A stretch of DNA of 27,076 nt, from NCBI GenBank assembly GCA_043809245.1, contig JAZDDZ010000053.1, forward strand, positions 1 through 27,076, in the 5' to 3' direction. Below, piece by piece: positions 18,587 through 24,564 of this stretch. Source of the stretch: Candidatus Iainarchaeum sp. GTDB taxonomy: Archaea > Iainarchaeota > Iainarchaeia > Iainarchaeales > JAZDDZ01. The first letter of the stretch is position 1. Each line of letters begins with the position of its first letter. A program made the translations under genes and the position numbers. The notes under the pieces are model-generated. The model saw only the letters and a list, made by a program, of their open reading frames with translations, searched no databases and had not been told where the DNA came from.

Positions 18587-19027
18587 ATGATTTTCACGAT
18601 AAGGACAACTGTTGGCCAGGAAAGCCTAGTCGTAGACATACTCGGAAACAAGATTCGAAAAGAGGACTTGAATATTTTCTCCCTCTCAGTTATCCCGGGT
18701 TTGAAGGGATACATTCTCATTGAAGCGGACAATGAAATGACTGTAAGGAGGGGCATTGCAAACACCTCTCACGTGAAAGGAAAAGGAATAGTCGGCGGAG
18801 CCGTGAAAATTGAAGAGCTCTCCAGCCTGCTTGAAGCAAAGCCGTTAATGCAGTCCATTAAAGCAGACATGAAAGTTGAATTAATCGCGGGCCCGTTCAA
18901 AGGCGAAAAAGCAAAAGTCTTAAGGGTCAACGACACAAAAGAAGAAGTTACGGTTGAACTGCTTGAAGCGGCTGTTAAGATTCCGGTTACAATTAAAGCG
19001 GAGCACATAAGGATAATAAAGGAATGA
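18587..19027 (+). CDS. spt5: Transcription elongation factor Spt5 (NusG)
   Basis: RTTVGQE, LKGYILIEA, KOW motif VELIAGPFKGEKAKV, VTVELLEA..IPVT. Confidence 0.96.
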   Translation: MIFTIRTTVGQESLVVDILGNKIRKEDLNIFSLSVIPGLKGYILIEADNEMTVRRGIANTSHVKGKGIVGGAVKIEELSSLLEAKPLMQSIKADMKVELIAGPFKGEKAKVLRVNDTKEEVTVELLEAAVKIPVTIKAEHIRIIKE

Positions 19028-19032
19028 GTTGA

Positions 19033-19410
19033 ATGGCTAAAGGATCACGATTTGGGAAAGGGCCAAGAGGGTTTAGACAAAATCCCGCAACAGTGGCAAA
19101 TAATGCAAATCAAGAAGCTAGACTTGCCGGCCGCCGTCTAGAAATAATTAACTTGGCTTTAAAGCGAGGTATTGTCAAAAAAAATAAGGAGGCCGAAATA
19201 GTTTCCTTGTGCCAAAGAATTATAGCTGACCAAAAAGTTAATGCTTCTGTTGAAAGGCTTCATAAATCTCCCCGTAGTCTTGACCTGAGTAATATTAATG
19301 CGCTTATTGCACTAAATGAAAAAGCAAGGCAATTTCTTGAAAGCAAAGGAATAAATGTTGGCAAAACCGCTGAAACTGGCAACATTACTTTCACGGGGGG
19401 CAGTGCATGA
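19033..19410 (+). CDS. Orphan basic protein inserted between spt5 and rpl11
   Basis: 125-aa ORF, 5 nt after the spt5 stop, with ATGA overlap with rpl11; no recognisable motif. Confidence 0.65.
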   Translation: MAKGSRFGKGPRGFRQNPATVANNANQEARLAGRRLEIINLALKRGIVKKNKEAEIVSLCQRIIADQKVNASVERLHKSPRSLDLSNINALIALNEKARQFLESKGINVGKTAETGNITFTGGSA

Positions 19411-19880
19411 CTGAAATTTCTGTTCTGGTTGAAGGCGGAAAGGCAACAGCTGGCGCTCCATTGGGGCCGGCTTTGGGTCCTTTGGGTGTCAACATTGTTG
19501 AAGTCGTTAACCAGATTAACGCTAAGACAAAGGATTTTTCGGGAATGAAGGTTCCGGTAACTGTTTCCGTTGACTCCAAGTCAAAGTCTTTTGAGGTTAT
19601 TGTGGGCAGCCCCCCGGTTAGTGCGCTCATTAAAAAGGAATTGAATGTGAAGAGCGGCGCAAAAAACCCAAAGTTGGAGGTTGTTGGAGACCTTTCCATG
19701 GAGCAGGTCAAAAAAATCGCTGAAGCAAAAATGGATGGAATGATTTCCTACAAGCTGAAAAGCGCTGCACGCGAAGTCATTGGCGCCTGCAATTCAATGG
19801 GCGTCACAATTGACGGAAAACACGCAAAAGAAGTGCAAAAAGAAATCGCGGAAGGAAAATACGATTCTGTGCTCGGATAA
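19407..19880 (+). CDS. rpl11: 50S ribosomal protein L11
   Basis: VEGGKATAGAPLGPALGPLG, INAKT..F.GMKVPV, G.C.SMGV motifs. Confidence 0.97.
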   Translation: MTEISVLVEGGKATAGAPLGPALGPLGVNIVEVVNQINAKTKDFSGMKVPVTVSVDSKSKSFEVIVGSPPVSALIKKELNVKSGAKNPKLEVVGDLSMEQVKKIAEAKMDGMISYKLKSAAREVIGACNSMGVTIDGKHAKEVQKEIAEGKYDSVLG

Positions 19881-19883
19881 ACG

Positions 19884-20132
19884 CTATTTGTAGATATTTT
19901 TTCTGTGCCCGATTTTAATGATTAATATAATCAATTTTCCCCTATCGATTTCTGCGAGGATTCTGTAATCGCCAACCCGCAACTTGTAGGCGGTTTCCCC
20001 CACAAGCCGTTCAAAATAGTTTTCGGGCCTTATTCTGGCGCGTTCTATCACGGCAATGATTCTCTCTTGCAAAGGTTTCTCAAGCTTTTTTAGCTCCCGC
20101 GAAGCCTTGCCTGAAAAAATTACTTCAAACAT
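19884..20132 (-). CDS. relE: RelE/ParE-family toxin
   Basis: YKLRVGDYRIL...IGHRKNIY motif. Confidence 0.92.
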   Translation of the reverse strand: MFEVIFSGKASRELKKLEKPLQERIIAVIERARIRPENYFERLVGETAYKLRVGDYRILAEIDRGKLIILIIKIGHRKNIYK

Positions 20133-20351
20133 TTACAAACCGAGCTCTTTTTTTACCTGTGCCAAGGTCTTGAAGTTGCCTTCGCGGATTTCCTTTCTTG
20201 CCTCTTCAAGGTCTCTTTTGGTTTCATCGGAAAGCTCTTTTGTGTCTTCCAGCAAATCCCAGATTATGCTTTCATAGCTTTCCTTACTGCTTAATTTCCT
20301 TGCGGAAAGCTCTTTCCTTAATTCATGGCTGACTTGAATTGTTGTTTCCAT
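20133..20351 (-). CDS. Antitoxin partner of RelE (RHH-like N-terminus)
   Basis: METTIQVS...ESYESIIWDLLE...EARKEIREG..KTL.QVKKELGL; abuts relE; start at 20351 fits the TATA spacing. Confidence 0.85.
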   Translation of the reverse strand: METTIQVSHELRKELSARKLSSKESYESIIWDLLEDTKELSDETKRDLEEARKEIREGNFKTLAQVKKELGL

Positions 20352-20359
20352 AGTAATAA

Positions 20360-20388
20360 TATAGCCCGCTATACTATAAAAACCTTGC
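20360..20388 (-). promoter_or_regulatory. relBE promoter (TTTTTATA) with operator-like palindrome TATAGC-CC-GCTATA
   Basis: TATA at 20375-20382; palindrome at 20360-20373 between the TATA box and the ATG. Confidence 0.6.
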
Positions 20389-20401
20389 GTTTGACTAAAA
20401 A

Positions 20402-20446
20402 AAGCTGAAAAGCACTTAAGGGAAATACGATTCGGTTCTGGGCTGA
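20402..20446 (+). pseudogene. Collapsed remnant of rpl11 (internal segment fused in frame to a recoded 3' end)
   Basis: Reads KLKST*GKYDSVLG*. 20402-20416 matches 19752-19766 at 14/15 nt; 20420-20446 matches 19854-19880 at 21/27 nt, and all six differences are silent. Confidence 0.9.
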
Positions 20447-20461
20447 GAACCCCGGTAAACT

Positions 20462-20916
20462 TTATTTTTCTCTTTTTTGTGAAGCAATAATTTTTTTCCA
20501 GTCCTGCCAAATTATTTCAATGTCACGAAAAGCACTTATAATGCGCTGGACAGCTAGTTGATGCGCATCGGGGTTAGTTGAGGCCCTTTCAAAATTGCCT
20601 GCGTATTTTTCTGAGAAAATCTGCCCGGTTTCTTCCATGAAAGACCTGAAAATTTTTTGTGCAGAAGAATGCAACTTGGCAATTTGTTCAGGGCTTTTTT
20701 TTCCTAGCATAATTCGCTCAAAAATCCGCTCAAAGGTATTGACAATTCGCGGGGGCTTTTGTAAATGCTTTTTCAGAACTGCAATTTGCTCGTTTAATGG
20801 TCTTGCAAGAAATGAATCAGCGTAGTTCTCTTTATGCTTTGAAAAATTTGCCTCATACGAATCTAGCCTTGCCTGGGGAATTATCCTTCTCTCTCTCTCT
20901 TTGGGGGTTCAGGCAT
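20462..20916 (-). pseudogene. Orphan gene frameshifted in an (AG)6 tract
   Basis: ATG 20916 gives MPEPPKREREG*. Removing one AG unit (tract 20888-20900) yields a 150-aa ORF MPEPPKRERRIIPQARLDSYE... continuous with the 20462-20710 ORF. Confidence 0.65.
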
Positions 20917-20998
20917 ACAATCGGATAGAGAATGGCATAAAACAGTATTTATTGATTTTGGCTGATTCATTGGTTAAGATTCTGTTTTTTTGCCCGCA

Positions 20999-21011
20999 GA
21001 AACTTTAAATA
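20999..21011 (+). promoter_or_regulatory. BRE-TATA promoter GAAAC-TTTAAATA of the MNT gene
   Basis: Near-consensus archaeal TATA box about 35 nt before ATG 21046, with an AGGTGG RBS in between. Confidence 0.55.
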
Positions 21012-21045
21012 ACGCTACAGCCATACAATTTATAGGTGGAATTAA

Positions 21046-21360
21046 ATGAAGCACGGCTTAACGCCTAACACAATTATCGGGGAACTTGAAAGCCGAAAAG
21101 AAGAGTTAGCAGTATATGGAGTCAAGCGCATTGGCTTGTTCGGATCTTTTTTGAAGGGCAGCGGCAGGAAGGAAAGTGACTTGGACTTTCTTGTTTTATT
21201 TGATGCTTCTACTTTCGATAAGTACTTTGAACTTAAATTCTTGCTTGAAAAATTGTTTCACAGGAAAGTCGATTTGGTTCTTGAAGACAGCCTTAAGCCG
21301 GCTGTTGAATACGTGAAAAAAGAGGCTCTTTATGCCAAGGCAAATTTTATATCAGCTTAA
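21046..21360 (+). CDS. Minimal nucleotidyltransferase (MNT, MntA-type antitoxin)
   Basis: IGLFGSF...ESDLDFLV...RKVDLV motifs (GS-x10-DxD, third D). Confidence 0.92.
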   Translation: MKHGLTPNTIIGELESRKEELAVYGVKRIGLFGSFLKGSGRKESDLDFLVLFDASTFDKYFELKFLLEKLFHRKVDLVLEDSLKPAVEYVKKEALYAKANFISA

Positions 21361-21398
21361 CTGATCTGTGGCTTTGAGGAAATAGGGGTGTGTTTTCA

Positions 21399-22001
21399 AT
21401 GGCTGATGCTAATTTTCCGGTTGTTGATATTTCGGTATTGAAATTATCTGATGTAACTATTTGTTTTTCACTTAATTTTGATTGTGGCTTGAAGGACTTG
21501 AATGATTTTCTTGCTGAAGACGCGTTAAGGCAACAAAAGGAATCTGTGAACGTTACATTTCTATGGGTTTCAAGGAAAACCCGAGAATTGCTCGGCTACA
21601 TCACGTTATGCAATGATTCAATTCATTTATTTGGAGAGAAAAAAGAGGAAATGAAAACAATCGGCATTTCTTACAAGGCACTCCCCGCATTGAAGGTTTG
21701 CAGGATGGCAGTCAGCAACAAGTTTGCGGGCAGGGGGCTTGGGACTAAAATGATTGCTTTTGCTGTAAAAGTTGTTTTGGAAATCAATGAAATGTCGGGC
21801 TGTAGGTTTTTGACTTTGGAGGCTAAAAACGATGAAACGCTGCCTGAAAAAAAGAAGCCGGTGCATTTTTACAAAAAACTCGGTTTTTCTTTGCTAAAAG
21901 AAAGAAAGCAGAACGCATCTTATTTTCCAATGTACAAAGACCTTAAACCATTGATTAATGAATTCATTGGGCTTGAAGCGAAAAAAGCCTTTGGTTCTTA
22001 G
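21399..22001 (+). CDS. GNAT acetyltransferase (TacT/AtaT toxin-like)
   Basis: FDCG..DLNDFL, GYITL, PALKVCRMAV, acetyl-CoA loop GRGLG, FYKKLGF. Confidence 0.88.
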   Translation: MADANFPVVDISVLKLSDVTICFSLNFDCGLKDLNDFLAEDALRQQKESVNVTFLWVSRKTRELLGYITLCNDSIHLFGEKKEEMKTIGISYKALPALKVCRMAVSNKFAGRGLGTKMIAFAVKVVLEINEMSGCRFLTLEAKNDETLPEKKKPVHFYKKLGFSLLKERKQNASYFPMYKDLKPLINEFIGLEAKKAFGS

Positions 22002-22128
22002 CAATAACCCCTAAAATGAGGCGGTCTGTTTTGCCTGGCTTCGCTGAATCGTTTTTTTTCATTTTCTCCAAAAAAGCCATGGCTTCTTTGCCGACAAGCG
22101 TTGGGGTTGCCCTGATTGGTTTCGCCAT
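21964..22128 (-). CDS. 54-aa protein convergent with the GNAT gene, putative antitoxin (absent from the ORF track)
   Basis: MAKPIRATPTLVGKEAMAFLEKMKKNDSAKPGKTDRLILGVIAKNQRLFSLQAQ*; TTTTTAAA box upstream; overlaps the GNAT 3' end by 38 nt. Confidence 0.7.
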   Translation of the reverse strand: MAKPIRATPTLVGKEAMAFLEKMKKNDSAKPGKTDRLILGVIAKNQRLFSLQAQ

Positions 22129-22276
22129 AAAAACACTTTCCTAAACAATATTTTTCTTCTAACTCTTTAAAAAGGGCATCCCTTTTAAAACCTTTAGTGA
22201 AAGGAGAATTATATAGGATTTAACCGGTTTTTAACCGTGTGTACTAACCCCTTTGGGTGTTAGGAGGTCTTTGAAA

Positions 22277-23101
22277 GTGAATAAGGCGAGTGTTCTCGGT
22301 GCCTTGAAGGCAATGCGTGATTCATCTAAACCAAGGAATTTCACGCAGTCAGTTGATTTGGCGCTCAACTTCAAGGGAATTGACTTCAAAAAGGCGGACA
22401 AGAGAGTAGACGTTGACGTTGTTTTGCCGCATTCAACAGGCAAGCAGGTTGCGTCAAAGGCCTTGGTTTTCGTTAAGGACAAGAATTTCGCTGAGCAATT
22501 GAAGGGAAAGGCCTCAAAGATTGTTTTAGAGCAGGACATTTCAAAGATTTCCAGAAAGGAAATGGACGGCTTGTTGGCTGAGTACTCTGTTTTTTTGGCT
22601 GAAGGCCCAGCAATGCTTACAGTTGCAAAGGTTTTCGGGCAGCAATTGGCGCCAAAGGGAAGGATGCCAAAGCTCATCCAGCCATCCGTTGAATCATTTG
22701 ATGCCTCGGTTGAAAAATTCGGCGGCGCAATAAAGGTTTCAAACAAGAAAGGAAAATTCATGCCAGCGGTCCATGTCCGCATTGGAAACGAAAAAATGCC
22801 CGACGAACAATTGGCGGAAAACTTTTTAGCGGTATTCAACTCGGTTGTCCACAGCCTTGAGTCAAGGGAGCAGAACCTTAAATCAGCTTACGTTAAGCTT
22901 ACAATGGGGCCTGCATTCGAGGTAAGCGACAAAGCTGCGGCAAAGGAAAAAAAGGACAAAAGGGCTGTGACAAAAAAACAGGCAAAGGAAGCCAAAAAAG
23001 AAGATGCTGTTGAAGAAAAGAAAAAAGCGCAGGCAGCAAAGGAAGATAAAAAAGAAGCGGAAGAGGAAAACGGAAAAGAAAAAGGGGCTGAGTTGGAATG
23101 A
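22277..23101 (+). CDS. rpl1: 50S ribosomal protein L1 with Lys/Glu-rich C-terminal tail
   Basis: RNFTQSVDL, LPH, LAPKGRMP, HVRIG and YVKLTMGP motifs; GGAGGT RBS before GTG 22277. Confidence 0.95.
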   Translation: MNKASVLGALKAMRDSSKPRNFTQSVDLALNFKGIDFKKADKRVDVDVVLPHSTGKQVASKALVFVKDKNFAEQLKGKASKIVLEQDISKISRKEMDGLLAEYSVFLAEGPAMLTVAKVFGQQLAPKGRMPKLIQPSVESFDASVEKFGGAIKVSNKKGKFMPAVHVRIGNEKMPDEQLAENFLAVFNSVVHSLESREQNLKSAYVKLTMGPAFEVSDKAAAKEKKDKRAVTKKQAKEAKKEDAVEEKKKAQAAKEDKKEAEEENGKEKGAELE

Positions 23102-24132
23102 CAAAGCACAAGCGCCCCTGGAAGGAAGCCCAGCTCTCAGAGCTCAAAAAATTGGCTGAAGAATACCCGATTATTGCGGTTGCAGACTTATCCGGCTTTC
23201 CGTCCGCGTTGTTTCAGGAGATAAGGAAAAAGTTAAGCGCCAAGGCGGTCATAAAGGTTTCAAAGACACGCGTTGTAAAAATGGCTTTGGCTTCATCCAA
23301 GGCAAAAAAAGAGCTGGCTGATTTTTCAGAGGGCTCTGTTGCAATTATTTTCACTAAAATGAATCCCTTTGAATTGCATGCTTTTCTGAAAAAAAACAAG
23401 GGAAAAACCGCTGCAAAAGAAGGCGTAATTGCACCCGAAGACATAATTATTCACGCAATGGACACAGGCCTGCCCCCCGGCCCGGCTTTAAGCGATTTAA
23501 AGGCAGCGGGATTAAAGGTAAAAATCCAGGGCGCAACAATTGCAATCACTGATGACGCGGTTGTGGCAAAAAAAGGCACGCCTGTTTCAAAGGGCGCGGC
23601 GGGAGCGCTTGCAAAGCTTGACATAAAGCCAATAAAAATCGGCCTGAACTTGGTGGCAGCGATTGAGGGAACGCAGGTGTACAAGGGAGAAGTGCTTGAC
23701 ATTGACACTGACAAGGTCTTCAGCGACTTCACTGAAGCTTACAGCTCTGCATTAAACCTTGCATTGAACATTTACTATATCTCCCCTGAAACACTGCCCT
23801 TGTTCATTGGAAAAGCGGTTAGGGATTCAAAGGCAGTTGCATTGGAGGCAAACATTTTGACTCCGGAGACAACTCCGCAGATTCTGGCGAAAGCGCAGAG
23901 GGCTGCGGCATCAATAAAGGAAAAGGTTCCGGAAACAGCGCCTGCAGAGGAAGCAAAACCCGCAGCGGAAGAAAAGCCTAAATCCGAAGAAGCAAAGCCT
24001 GCAGCAGAGGAAGCAAAGCCGCAGGAATCCGAAAAGGCAAAGCCGGCTGAAGGGGAAGCAAAGCCAAAGGCGGAAGGGGCAGCGGTTGCTGAGGAAAAAT
24101 CAAAACCGGCTGAGGAAAAAGGAGATGCTTAA
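23098..24132 (+). CDS. rpl10: 50S ribosomal protein L10 (P0)
   Basis: WK, QEIRKKL, NPFEL, APEDI...DTGLPPGP and L.KLDIKP motifs; ATGA overlap with rpl1. Confidence 0.96.
   Translation: MTKHKRPWKEAQLSELKKLAEEYPIIAVADLSGFPSALFQEIRKKLSAKAVIKVSKTRVVKMALASSKAKKELADFSEGSVAIIFTKMNPFELHAFLKKNKGKTAAKEGVIAPEDIIIHAMDTGLPPGPALSDLKAAGLKVKIQGATIAITDDAVVAKKGTPVSKGAAGALAKLDIKPIKIGLNLVAAIEGTQVYKGEVLDIDTDKVFSDFTEAYSSALNLALNIYYISPETLPLFIGKAVRDSKAVALEANILTPETTPQILAKAQRAAASIKEKVPETAPAEEAKPAAEEKPKSEEAKPAAEEAKPQESEKAKPAEGEAKPKAEGAAVAEEKSKPAEEKGDA
23941..24120 (+). repeat. Degenerate (A)EEAKP peptide repeats in the L10 tail
   Basis: About seven xKP units; exact gcagaggaagcaaa at 23944 and 24004. Confidence 0.75.
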
Positions 24133-24162
24133 ATTTTTTAAAAATTTTTAAGAGGTGAAAAA

Positions 24163-24468
24163 ATGGAGTATGTCTACACTGCAATGTTGCTGCATTCCGC
24201 AAAAAAGCCAGTCGATGAAGCAGGCGTTTCCAAGGTTTTGGAAGCCGCAGGCGTAAAGGCTGACAGCGCCAAGGTAAAGGCACTGGTTGCTTCTTTAAAG
24301 GACGTCAACATTGATGAAGCCATAAAGCAGGCAAGCGTTATGCCTGTGGCAGCTGCAGCGGCACCCGCACAGGGCGCGGCTCACGGCAAAGTCGAAGAGA
24401 AAAAGAAAGACGAGGAAAAGAAAACAGAGGCAGAAGCAGCTGAAGGCTTGGCCGGCTTGTTCGGTTAA
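24163..24468 (+). CDS. rpl12: 50S ribosomal protein L12 (P1)
   Basis: MEYVY.A.LLH, VLEAAG, C-terminal GLAGLFG; GAGGTG RBS. Confidence 0.97.
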   Translation: MEYVYTAMLLHSAKKPVDEAGVSKVLEAAGVKADSAKVKALVASLKDVNIDEAIKQASVMPVAAAAAPAQGAAHGKVEEKKKDEEKKTEAEAAEGLAGLFG

Positions 24469-24470
24469 GC

Positions 24471-24497
24471 TTCATCTTTCCTTTTCTTTTCGCTTTC
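24471..24497 (+). terminator. Pyrimidine/oligo-T tract after rpl12
   Basis: ttcatctttccttttcttttcgctttc, typical of archaeal intrinsic terminators. Confidence 0.45.
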
Positions 24498-24564
24498 CGC
24501 CTAACCTTAGCCATAACTATTTAAACTATTTTTAACCTACTTCTAGCATTAATGCTGGCTTTTT

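Noticed and set aside
20352-20510. 125-aa long form of the antitoxin
   Set aside because: The extension crosses the promoter and the rpl11 remnant; ATG 20351 fits the TATA spacing and family size.
20909-20938. TGA readthrough or recoding from ATG 20938
   Set aside because: TGA is a normal stop for many genes here; a slip in the adjacent (AG)6 tract is a simpler explanation.
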